NCBI GenBank assembly: GCA_002406055.1
Contig: DHMZ01000026.1
Location: forward strand, 1 to 19,130
Direction of reading: 5' to 3'
DNA: 19,130 nt
DNA from: Spirochaetales bacterium UBA4629
GTDB taxonomy: Bacteria; Spirochaetota; Spirochaetia; Sphaerochaetales; Sphaerochaetaceae
Part shown: positions 1-7,587 of the stretch, in pieces
Layout: every line of letters starts with the position of its first letter
Numbering within the stretch: position 1 is the first letter of the stretch
Position numbers and translations under genes: made by a program
Notes under the pieces: generated by a model
Database searches by the model: none
What the model saw: only the letters and a program-made list of their open reading frames with translations
Told to the model about the DNA's origin: nothing

Positions 1-19
1 AATTCAATTACCGAGTAGT

Positions 20-634
20 TCACGGACGTGCTATTTCATTAAGAAGAGTAGTATTACACATATTTGAATTTATAGATGCTTGGATAAATCCTCTTTCTGA
101 ATCTGTGTAGTAAATAGAAGAATATGAGCGTCCATTTATAGATATGCTGTCTGCACTAAATGAATTACTTGTTCTTCTTATTACGCCACTTATTGAGAAT
201 GTGCCATCTTCAATTTCTTTTGAGTTTGCTCTCTGATACTTGTAACTACACTTCAGATCAATAGTGCCAACACCATTAGAATATGAATAATTACCATTTA
301 GTGTTGAAAATGAAAGAATTGTAGAACCAGAAGGGAGAGAAATAGAAATAATCGCATTCTTCAATGCTCTAGCTTCTTTTGTATGTGATGTTGCCCATCC
401 TGAGTTATCTATAGTTCCACTGTTTGTTGTACTAAGTGCTATTGCTTCGATAACATTTTCAACCTTCTCAGCTTCTATTTTTGCATCTAAAAATGCTCTT
501 GAGTTCTCTCTTTCTTCTACTGTATAGAAAGTACCTCCACCATCAGTTAAATCTGTGTATAAAAAGGCACAGCTAGTTAATAAGAAAACAGTTAAAAGAA
601 CTGTGATTAAAACAAGAAAAGAACGCTTCTTCAT
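20..634 (-). CDS. Hypothetical lipoprotein (signal peptide plus lipobox), function unknown
   Basis: Complete ORF. The N-terminus MKKRSFLVLITVLLTVFLLTSC has a basic n-region, a hydrophobic core and an L-T-S-C lipobox. A GAGGTG Shine-Dalgarno lies about 6 nt upstream of the ATG on the minus strand (rc of 635-650). The mature part is Ser/Thr/Asn/Gly-rich with no catalytic motif I recognise. Confidence 0.75.
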   Translation of the reverse strand: MKKRSFLVLITVLLTVFLLTSCAFLYTDLTDGGGTFYTVEERENSRAFLDAKIEAEKVENVIEAIALSTTNSGTIDNSGWATSHTKEARALKNAIISISLPSGSTILSFSTLNGNYSYSNGVGTIDLKCSYKYQRANSKEIEDGTFSISGVIRRTSNSFSADSISINGRSYSSIYYTDSERGFIQASINSNMCNTTLLNEIARP

Positions 635-695
635 ATAACACCTCTTTACTAATTATTTAGTTATTATTTTCTTAGTGTCAATCTCTAATATCTTG

Positions 696-724
696 TTCAA
701 AAAAAGAGTTTTCTTATTTATAAT
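696..724 (+). promoter_or_regulatory. Putative sigma-70-type promoter for the 733-6123 gene string (possible leaderless start)
   Basis: Perfect TATAAT at 719-724. TTCAAA at 696-701 gives a 17-nt spacer. Only 8 nt separate the -10 box from the ATG at 733, and no Shine-Dalgarno lies between them. Confidence 0.4.
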
Positions 725-732
725 TTAATGAA

Positions 733-1428
733 ATGAAGATTCTTTGTATTTCAGATACCACACGCTCTTTAGCCTTCTCACCTATGGTGAAGGATATATA
801 TAAAGGTGTTGATTTAATACTTAGTGCAGGCGATATGCCCCTTGAGTCTTATGATTATGTCTCAACATTGCTTCATAAGGATGTTTGCTATGTCTATGGA
901 AATCATAATCTAAAAGACTTTAGAGATGCGATGAATAAAGATGGGCTATGGACTGCTATGAAAAAAGATGATGAATACAATAAGAAATTCTATGGCTTTA
1001 TGATAGATGGAAAATGCTATAGAGATAAGTCCTCAGGTCTTCTTATTGCTGGTCTTGGTGGTAGCATGCTCTACAATAATGGTGATAGCCAATATAGTGA
1101 AAAACAGATGCGATATAGGATTTGGAAGCTAATTCCCTATCTTATGTATAATAAAAGACGCTATGGCAGGTATCTTGATATTCTAATAACCCATGCGCCT
1201 CCTCTAGGTATTGGGGATGGCCCTGATTTGTGTCACAAAGGATTTAAGTGTTTTTTAGATTTTATTGATAAATTTGAGCCTAAGTATCTACTACATGGAC
1301 ATATTCATCTCGATGATTTGAATCTTCCACGAGTAAGAGAGAGAGGTAAAACAAAGATTGTTAATGTTTATGGTTCTTATTTGTTAGATGATGATTCTTT
1401 AGGAGGGACTAAGAATGGCGGCAGATAG
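733..1428 (+). CDS. Calcineurin-like metallophosphoesterase
   Basis: Ordered metallophosphoesterase motifs are present: ISD (motif I, with DTT instead of DxH), SAGDM (GD), YGNHN (GNH[D/E/N]), ITHAPP (H) and LHGHIH (GHxH). The ORF is uninterrupted. Confidence 0.85.
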   Translation: MKILCISDTTRSLAFSPMVKDIYKGVDLILSAGDMPLESYDYVSTLLHKDVCYVYGNHNLKDFRDAMNKDGLWTAMKKDDEYNKKFYGFMIDGKCYRDKSSGLLIAGLGGSMLYNNGDSQYSEKQMRYRIWKLIPYLMYNKRRYGRYLDILITHAPPLGIGDGPDLCHKGFKCFLDFIDKFEPKYLLHGHIHLDDLNLPRVRERGKTKIVNVYGSYLLDDDSLGGTKNGGR

Positions 1429-2314
1429 AATGACAGTCAGTGACGACTTTGATGACGCAAGAAGAAGGGCGAGAGTTCAAAAGGTATTAGCTACATTTAG
1501 GTGGAAAAACCCAGATTTACTTTCATTCTATGAAGTAACAAAGCTTATAAAACCAGAAAGCCAGGCTTATAAAGGGATGCAAACAATACCGGTGAAAAAT
1601 ATCATCGGCTCTGAAAATCGCTATCATGATTTTTCTAGCGCATTCTTTCCTAAGTCATATACTCTTCAACATCGTTGGGAAAGTATTGATGCTGCACGTC
1701 TTGATGATATTCCTCTTCCTCCTATTTCTGTATATAAACTAGGTGAGTGGTACTTCGTCAGAGATGGCAATCATCGTGTATCTGTTGCAAAAAGTAAGGG
1801 ACAAGAATTTATAGATGCTGAGGTTGTTGAGCTTTCTTCCCAGATTCCTCTCGAAGAGGGAATGACAATGAATGAACTTAAAAGGCGAGTTGTTGCATAT
1901 GAAAGAGGTCGTTTTATAGAGCAATATCATCCGACATATCTTCCTATGGATAAGATTATATTCACAACTCCCGGATCATACCCTGAGATGGTTAATCACA
2001 TCCTTGTTCATAAGTACTATGCTAATGAGCATTGTGATCATGTAATGACATTTGAAGAGGGTGCTGTAAGTTGGTATAAGAATGTGTATCGTCCTCTTGT
2101 TGATGCATTAGATAAAGAGCATCTGTTGTCTTTATATCCTGGGTATACCGAAGCCGATATCTACATGTGGCTTGTCAGGCGCTGGGATGAGATGAAGAGA
2201 ACAGATAGTTATGCAACTGAAGAGGAAGCTGCCTTAGATATAAAAAAAGATGCAGAGAAGAATAGATTTAAGACTTGGTTTAACTATATAAAAAGTAGAA
2301 TAAGTAGGAAGTAA
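1415..2314 (+). CDS. ParB/sulfiredoxin-like N-terminal domain protein with a C-terminal domain of unknown function (DUF4032-like architecture)
   Basis: WYFVRDGNHRVSVAK contains the DGxHR core of the ParB/Srx fold. AGGAGGG Shine-Dalgarno at about 1399-1405, 7-9 nt before the ATG at 1415. The start overlaps the upstream gene end by 14 nt. The DUF4032 assignment is from memory of this architecture, not from a search. Confidence 0.6.
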   Translation: MAADRMTVSDDFDDARRRARVQKVLATFRWKNPDLLSFYEVTKLIKPESQAYKGMQTIPVKNIIGSENRYHDFSSAFFPKSYTLQHRWESIDAARLDDIPLPPISVYKLGEWYFVRDGNHRVSVAKSKGQEFIDAEVVELSSQIPLEEGMTMNELKRRVVAYERGRFIEQYHPTYLPMDKIIFTTPGSYPEMVNHILVHKYYANEHCDHVMTFEEGAVSWYKNVYRPLVDALDKEHLLSLYPGYTEADIYMWLVRRWDEMKRTDSYATEEEAALDIKKDAEKNRFKTWFNYIKSRISRK

Positions 2315-2315
2315 A

Positions 2316-3146
2316 ATGAGTAGAGCCGATCAAATTTTTGTTGAGAATATACTAGATATACTAGAGCATGGTGTAAAGGATGATGCCTATCCTGTTCGCC
2401 CTCATTGGAGTGATGGAGAGAGTGCTCATACAATAAAAAAGTTTGGTATTGTAAATAGATATAATCTAAAGGAAGAGTTTCCAATTATTACTATCAGGCG
2501 AACATATATGAAGTCTGCTATCGACGAGTTATTATGGATATGGCAAAAGAAGAGTAATAATATCCACGACTTAAAGAGCCATGTTTGGGATAGCTGGGCA
2601 GACGAAAATGGTTCTATTGGTAAGGCTTATGGCTACCAGTTAGGCGTTAAGCATAAATATAAAGAGGGCATGTTTGACCAAGTAGACAGAGTCTTATTTG
2701 ACTTAAAGAATAATCCTCAGTCACGTAGAATTATTACAAATATCTATAATCACCATGACCTATCTGAAATGGCCCTATATCCATGTGCATATTCTTTAAC
2801 GCTAAATGTTTCAGGTAACACTTTAAATGGAATATTAAATCAGCGAAGCCAAGATATGCTGACAGCAAACAATTGGAATGTTGTTCAGTATGCTGTGTTA
2901 ATGCATATGTTTACTCATGTTTCTGGCTTAGAGGTTGGAGAGCTTGTCCATGTTATTGCTGATGCTCACATCTACGACAGACATATTCCAATTGTGGAAG
3001 AGATAATAAAGAATGAGCAATACCCTGCTCCTGAATTTAAGATGAATAAAGAGAAGGATGATTTTTATTCATTTACTCCAGATGACTTTTCACTTGTTGG
3101 TTATCGCTACAATCCAACAAAATACAATATCCCAGTAGCAATTTGA
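2316..3146 (+). CDS. thyA: Thymidylate synthase (ThyA, folate-dependent)
   Basis: Typical ThyA blocks: ELLWIWQKKSN, GKAYGYQ, SRRIITNIYN, and LYPCAYSLTLNV with the catalytic Cys in a P-C context, then QRSQDM and DAHIYDRH. It starts 1 nt after the upstream stop and is followed by folA, the classic thyA-folA pairing. Confidence 0.95.
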   Translation: MSRADQIFVENILDILEHGVKDDAYPVRPHWSDGESAHTIKKFGIVNRYNLKEEFPIITIRRTYMKSAIDELLWIWQKKSNNIHDLKSHVWDSWADENGSIGKAYGYQLGVKHKYKEGMFDQVDRVLFDLKNNPQSRRIITNIYNHHDLSEMALYPCAYSLTLNVSGNTLNGILNQRSQDMLTANNWNVVQYAVLMHMFTHVSGLEVGELVHVIADAHIYDRHIPIVEEIIKNEQYPAPEFKMNKEKDDFYSFTPDDFSLVGYRYNPTKYNIPVAI

Positions 3147-3156
3147 GAGGTGTTAG

Positions 3157-3669
3157 GTGCAAGCTATTTTACATTGTGATAAAGAATGGGGAATTGGAAA
3201 AAAGAATGATTTGATGTTCCATCTTCCTCTAGATATGGCCTATTTTAGAAAAAATACGCTAAAAAAAGTTGTCGTAATGGGGTCCAATACACTTCTTTCT
3301 TTTCCTAATGGTAAGCCACTTAAAAACAGAACAAACATTGTTCTTTGGCCAAATGGCGACAAAGAAAGGGCAAAAAAGGATGGCTTTATTATGGTAGAAA
3401 GCCTTCCTGAACTATTTGAAGAATTAAAAAAGTACAATAGTGATGACATCTACATAATAGGCGGGGCAATGATGTATAAAACTATGCTTCCATATTGCTC
3501 TCGTGCGCTTATTACAAAGGTTGATGCTCTAGGTGGAGCAGAGGTCTTTTTTGAGAATCTTGATAAGAAAGAGAATTGGCACCTTGAGAATTGTAGCGAT
3601 AGCGTAATTGATAATGGCTTTTCAATTAAGTTTTGTACCTACGTCAATTCTGCACCTTTATCACTATGA
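3157..3669 (+). CDS. folA: Dihydrofolate reductase
   Basis: GTG start 10 nt after the thyA stop, preceded by GAGAGG. DHFR blocks present: WGIGKKNDLMFHLPLDMAYFRKNT, VVMGSNT, LKNRTNIVL and IYIIGGAMMY. Confidence 0.9.
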   Translation: MQAILHCDKEWGIGKKNDLMFHLPLDMAYFRKNTLKKVVVMGSNTLLSFPNGKPLKNRTNIVLWPNGDKERAKKDGFIMVESLPELFEELKKYNSDDIYIIGGAMMYKTMLPYCSRALITKVDALGGAEVFFENLDKKENWHLENCSDSVIDNGFSIKFCTYVNSAPLSL

Positions 3670-5045
3670 AAACGAGAATAAATAAAGGAAATTACGGTGA
3701 GGGTAGTATTACCCTCCATATTCTTTCTCTTGCTCTGCCAACACTATTAGCAGAACTAGTAAATGTCCTCTATAGCGTTGTCGATAGAATGTATATTGGA
3801 CACATAGAGAATGTGGGTACGCTTGCTCTTTCTGGCGTTGGTGTTGTTTTTCCTATAATTAGCTTTATAAGTGCTTTTTCTTCTCTTATTTCGACAGGAG
3901 GAGCTCCAATTGCTGCCATTGAAAGAGGAAAAGGAGATGATAGAAAAGCGACTCTTATAATGGAGACTTGCCTCTCGTTTGCACTTATTATTAGTTGCCT
4001 TTTGACCATTCTTTTATTTTTATTTCGACTTCCATTGTTGTCTCTTATGGGAGCAGATAGCCAAATAATAGGCTATGCAAGCGATTATTTTTCTATATAT
4101 GTCTTCGGTAGCGTTTTTGTCTTTATAAGCGTTGGCTTCAATTCTTTTATTACCATGCAAGGTTTTGGTGGAATTGGCATGCTTACTGTATTAATTGGCG
4201 CTATCCTAAATACGGTATTGGATCCAATTTTCATCTATGCTCTATCTATGGGGGTAAAAGGAGCAGCTGTTGCAACGGTTATTTCTCAATTTGTTTCTGC
4301 TCTTTGGGTTCTTCTTTTCTTGCATTCAAAAAAATCAAAACTAAGACTAGAGCGTCTTTCTTTAGATAAGGCTATTCTTTTGAGAGTAGCTAAGCTCGGT
4401 GTCTCTGGCTTTATGTTTAAGATGACAAATTCATTAACGCAGGCAGCATCAAATATGACTCTAAGAGTCTTTGGAGGGTCACTTTCAACTCTTTATATAG
4501 GTGCGATGAGCGTCATAAATTCAACTAGAGAGATGGTTTCATTACCAATATCTGCTATTACAAGTAGTGCTCAACCAGTAATTAGCTATAACTATGGAGC
4601 AAGAAAGAGTGATAGAGTCTGTAAAGCCATTAAGAGTATGACACTAATGACGCTTTTCTATGGCATTCTTATATGGGCATTTGTTCTTGCCTTTCCTCAA
4701 ACTTTAATTAGTATTTATACCCCAGATAAAGATTTGATTAATATAACTATACCAGTGATGAGAATTTTCTTTGCAGTTTTCTTTATGATGGCACTCCAGT
4801 CATCAGGACAGACGACCTTTGTTGCTTTAAATCGTCCTCGATTTGCAGTGTTCTTCTCTTTGCTTAGAAAAGCGATCTTGGTCTTTCCTTTAATACTAAT
4901 TCTTCCTCACCTCGGCTTTGGTGTTAATGGTGTCTTCTTAGCTGAGGCTATTAGCCAACTTCTTGGTGGCTCAATTTGTTATAGTACAATGTATTTTGTT
5001 TTCTATAGAAAAATGAAAAAAGGAATAGATATAGACGCAAGTTAA
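3666..5045 (+). CDS. MATE-family efflux transporter
   Basis: About 12 predicted hydrophobic segments. MATE-like N-terminus (ILSLALPTLLAELVNVLYSVVDRMYIGH). I place the start at ATG 3666 (MKTRINKG), which overlaps the folA stop as ATGA. The tracked start at 3633 would lie inside folA. Confidence 0.85.
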   Translation: MKTRINKGNYGEGSITLHILSLALPTLLAELVNVLYSVVDRMYIGHIENVGTLALSGVGVVFPIISFISAFSSLISTGGAPIAAIERGKGDDRKATLIMETCLSFALIISCLLTILLFLFRLPLLSLMGADSQIIGYASDYFSIYVFGSVFVFISVGFNSFITMQGFGGIGMLTVLIGAILNTVLDPIFIYALSMGVKGAAVATVISQFVSALWVLLFLHSKKSKLRLERLSLDKAILLRVAKLGVSGFMFKMTNSLTQAASNMTLRVFGGSLSTLYIGAMSVINSTREMVSLPISAITSSAQPVISYNYGARKSDRVCKAIKSMTLMTLFYGILIWAFVLAFPQTLISIYTPDKDLINITIPVMRIFFAVFFMMALQSSGQTTFVALNRPRFAVFFSLLRKAILVFPLILILPHLGFGVNGVFLAEAISQLLGGSICYSTMYFVFYRKMKKGIDIDAS

Positions 5046-5064
5046 CAATAAAGGAGATATGGTT

Positions 5065-6123
5065 ATGGAAAGACAAGATAAAGACCTTGCTTTTATGCTT
5101 CAATATGAAAATGTTGCATGGTATGAGAATGGACACGTTAGAGTTTTAGATAGAAGAGTATATCCTGCTAAGATTGAATGGGTGATTTGTAATAGTGTTG
5201 AAGATGTTGCACTTGCAATAAAGAATATGGTAACTCAATCAACGGGGCCATATACTCTTGCTCCTATGGGGATGGCCCTTGCTGCCTACATTGCTAGAGA
5301 TAAGAGCGAAAAAGACTTTATCGAGTATTTAGAGTGGGCATCTCGAACTATTAGCACATCTCGTCCAACAACAACACGAAGAATGCAAAAGCTAACTGAC
5401 GGATGCATTTCTGTTGCTATTGCTGCTTTGAGAGAGGGTAGAAGAGCAGATGAAGCCATAAAAGAACATGTAATAGAGTCTAATAATCTCAGATATGAGA
5501 GGGTAGGCAGAATTGCTAAGTATCTAGTTGATAAAATCCCACAGGGCGGAACTGTTATGACTCAGTGTTACGCAGAGACAATACTTGGCATGATGCTAAA
5601 AGAATGCAAAAAGCGTAATAACCCTATTAAGCTATTTTGTCCTGAAACAAGACCATATTTCCAAGGTGCTCGCTTTACAAGCACAGTTTGTTATCAGATG
5701 GGTTTTGATGTGACGCTAATAACAGATAATATGCCTGCATTTGTTATGAAGAATGAAAAGGTTGATCTCTTTACATGTGCTGCTGATGCTATTAGTTGCG
5801 ATGGCTATGTCTTTAATAAAGTAGGAACAAGTCAAATTGCAATATGTGCCGCCTATTTCCATATTCCTGTATATGTTACAGGTGCACCAGATAAAGCTCA
5901 TAAAACATATGATACAGTTACAATTGAGATGCGAGATCCATCTTTCTCTTTGCAAGCAATGGGTGTGAAAACAACAGTAGATGGCGTCAAAGGCTACTAT
6001 CCAGCCTTCGATATGACACCACCCGAGCTAATTACCGGCATTGTTACTAATAAAGGTATTTTTAAGCCAGAAAGAGTATCTGAATACTTTACCGATGAAA
6101 GCGACGAGGAATTAACTGTTTAA
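5065..6123 (+). CDS. eIF-2B alpha/beta/delta family protein, divergent MtnA-like (methylthioribose-1-phosphate isomerase-like) sugar-phosphate isomerase
   Basis: Family blocks: VRVLDRRVYP, CPETRPYFQGARFT, DVTLITDNM, AADAIS..DGYVFNKVGTSQIAICA and PVYVTGAP. The AAGGAG Shine-Dalgarno at 5051-5056 fits ATG 5065 (8-nt spacing) better than ATG 5059 (2-nt spacing). Confidence 0.7.
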   Translation: MERQDKDLAFMLQYENVAWYENGHVRVLDRRVYPAKIEWVICNSVEDVALAIKNMVTQSTGPYTLAPMGMALAAYIARDKSEKDFIEYLEWASRTISTSRPTTTRRMQKLTDGCISVAIAALREGRRADEAIKEHVIESNNLRYERVGRIAKYLVDKIPQGGTVMTQCYAETILGMMLKECKKRNNPIKLFCPETRPYFQGARFTSTVCYQMGFDVTLITDNMPAFVMKNEKVDLFTCAADAISCDGYVFNKVGTSQIAICAAYFHIPVYVTGAPDKAHKTYDTVTIEMRDPSFSLQAMGVKTTVDGVKGYYPAFDMTPPELITGIVTNKGIFKPERVSEYFTDESDEELTV

Positions 6124-7490
6124 TCCCTCGTTTCGCTAGCTCCTTCTCTAAGGGCCTCTTCTTCTATGTAGTTCCATTCTCCTTTTCTGTAGAAGATAAC
6201 AGATAGAATGGTTCCAATAATCCAACCAATAGGCCAACTTAGCCATATACCTGTGCTTTGAAGTGCTGTACGAGATAGTAAGAAGGCAATAACTACTCTC
6301 AGAATTAAATCTGTAAATGTTGAAATCATGAAGTATTTCATGAGACCGGCACCTTTGAGAGTGCCATCTGAGACCATCTTTATACAGACAATAACATAGA
6401 AAGGGGCAACTATTCTTAAGAATTCTCTTCCTGTTTTTAAGGCCTCAAGTGATGGATTATCCATAAAGAGAGTTAAAAGCTGGTTAGATAAAAGGACATA
6501 TAAAATGATGAAAGGGATTGAGATGATTTCAACCATCTTGACACCTGCTTTCCAACCATCTGAGATTCTCTTGAGCTTCTGAGCTCCAAGGTTTTGTGCT
6601 GTGTAGTTAGATATTCCATTACCAATTGTAGTAAATGATGTAATAACTAGGTTATTTAGTTTAACTGCTGCAGCGTAGCCGGCAACAACAGAAGATCCAA
6701 AGCCATTAATAATTGACTGAAGGATAATGTTTCCGACTGAAATGAAGCTCTGTTGCATTGTGCTAGGGACAGCGACCGATAAAAATTGTTTAAAGAGTGA
6801 AGGTACAAAAAACTGTGGCTTCTCTTCTACTTTTATTGTTTTAAGTCTTTTAAATACAACTACAAGAGCTAAAATAGCGCTTATTCCCTGGCATATAAAT
6901 GTTGCCCATGCAACGCCATCAACGCCCATATGGAGCTGTGTAACAAATAGAATATCCATAAAAATATTAGCTGTAGATGAGAACGCTAGGAAAATAAATG
7001 GTGTCTTGGAATCTCCTAGAGCGGAGAATATTCCTGTTGCAAGGTTATATAAAAACAAGAACGGAAGACCATAAACATAGATGTCTAGATAGAGCGCAGA
7101 ATCTGCAAGGATGTTACTAGGTGTATTAATTAGTCTCAATAGTCCATCCATTGAGATAAGACCAATGGTCATCAAAATAACACAAGTAGCTATGGTTGAT
7201 ACTATGGATGTATTAATTGCGCTCTTAAGCTTAGTGTATTCTTTTGCACCAAAGAGACGAGATGCTAAGACAGAACATCCCATATTGCATCCAAAGGCGA
7301 AGGCTATGAAGATTAATGTGATTTCATAACTATTTCCAACTGCAGCAAGTGCATCTTCTGAAATAAATTTTCCAGCTACAAAGCTATCTGCAATGTTATA
7401 TAGCTGTTGAAAGACAATTGATAGAAATAGAGGAAGGCAAAACTCAAATATTACTTTTTGTGGCTTTCCAACGGTAAGATCTTTATTCAT
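6120..7490 (-). CDS. MATE-family efflux transporter (second copy, convergent)
   Basis: Multi-pass hydrophobic protein with a MATE N-terminal block (FEFCLPLFLSIVFQQLYNIADSFVAGKF). I prefer the ATG at 7490 (MNKDLTVGK), which has GGAG 6 nt upstream on the minus strand. The tracked ATG at 7517 has no Shine-Dalgarno. The stop shares the TTAA at 6120-6123 with the convergent plus-strand gene. Confidence 0.85.
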   Translation of the reverse strand: MNKDLTVGKPQKVIFEFCLPLFLSIVFQQLYNIADSFVAGKFISEDALAAVGNSYEITLIFIAFAFGCNMGCSVLASRLFGAKEYTKLKSAINTSIVSTIATCVILMTIGLISMDGLLRLINTPSNILADSALYLDIYVYGLPFLFLYNLATGIFSALGDSKTPFIFLAFSSTANIFMDILFVTQLHMGVDGVAWATFICQGISAILALVVVFKRLKTIKVEEKPQFFVPSLFKQFLSVAVPSTMQQSFISVGNIILQSIINGFGSSVVAGYAAAVKLNNLVITSFTTIGNGISNYTAQNLGAQKLKRISDGWKAGVKMVEIISIPFIILYVLLSNQLLTLFMDNPSLEALKTGREFLRIVAPFYVIVCIKMVSDGTLKGAGLMKYFMISTFTDLILRVVIAFLLSRTALQSTGIWLSWPIGWIIGTILSVIFYRKGEWNYIEEEALREGASETRD

Positions 7491-7543
7491 TTTTTGCTCC
7501 AAAGAGATAATAGACATAAATAGACGGAAGTTTCTAGTAGCTC

Positions 7544-7575
7544 AAAAAATAAAGGCCACAGTTTTCTGTAGCCTT
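7544..7575 (-). terminator. Rho-independent terminator of the amino-acid ABC operon
   Basis: On the minus strand this reads AAGGCUACAG-AAAA-CUGUGGCCUU, a 10-11 bp stem whose one odd pair is a G-U wobble on this strand only. UAUUUUUU follows it. The hairpin starts 12 nt after the substrate-binding-protein stop. Confidence 0.8.
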
Positions 7576-7587
7576 ACTGATTATCAT

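Noticed and set aside
733-2314. Reading the metallophosphoesterase + ParB-like nuclease-domain pair as an anti-phage defence cassette
   Set aside because: There is no accompanying ATPase, nuclease, methylase or sensor gene. There are no flanking mobile-element or integration signatures. The pair is fused into a housekeeping thyA-folA string. Evidence is insufficient for more than a low-interest note.
3633-3665. Longer N-terminal extensions offered by the ORF track: 3633 for MATE, 15104 for the ferredoxin subunit, 7517 for the second MATE and 5059 for the MtnA-like gene
   Set aside because: In each case a downstream in-frame ATG (3666, 15125, 7490, 5065) has a properly spaced Shine-Dalgarno and/or the classic ATGA stop-start overlap. 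The longer form starts inside the previous gene or lacks an SD. The 5059/5065 and 7517/7490 choices remain uncertain.
6727-7329. Plus-strand ORFs 6727-7074 and 7111-7329
   Set aside because: They are antisense to the MATE transporter, whose hydrophobic periodicity clearly identifies the minus strand as coding.
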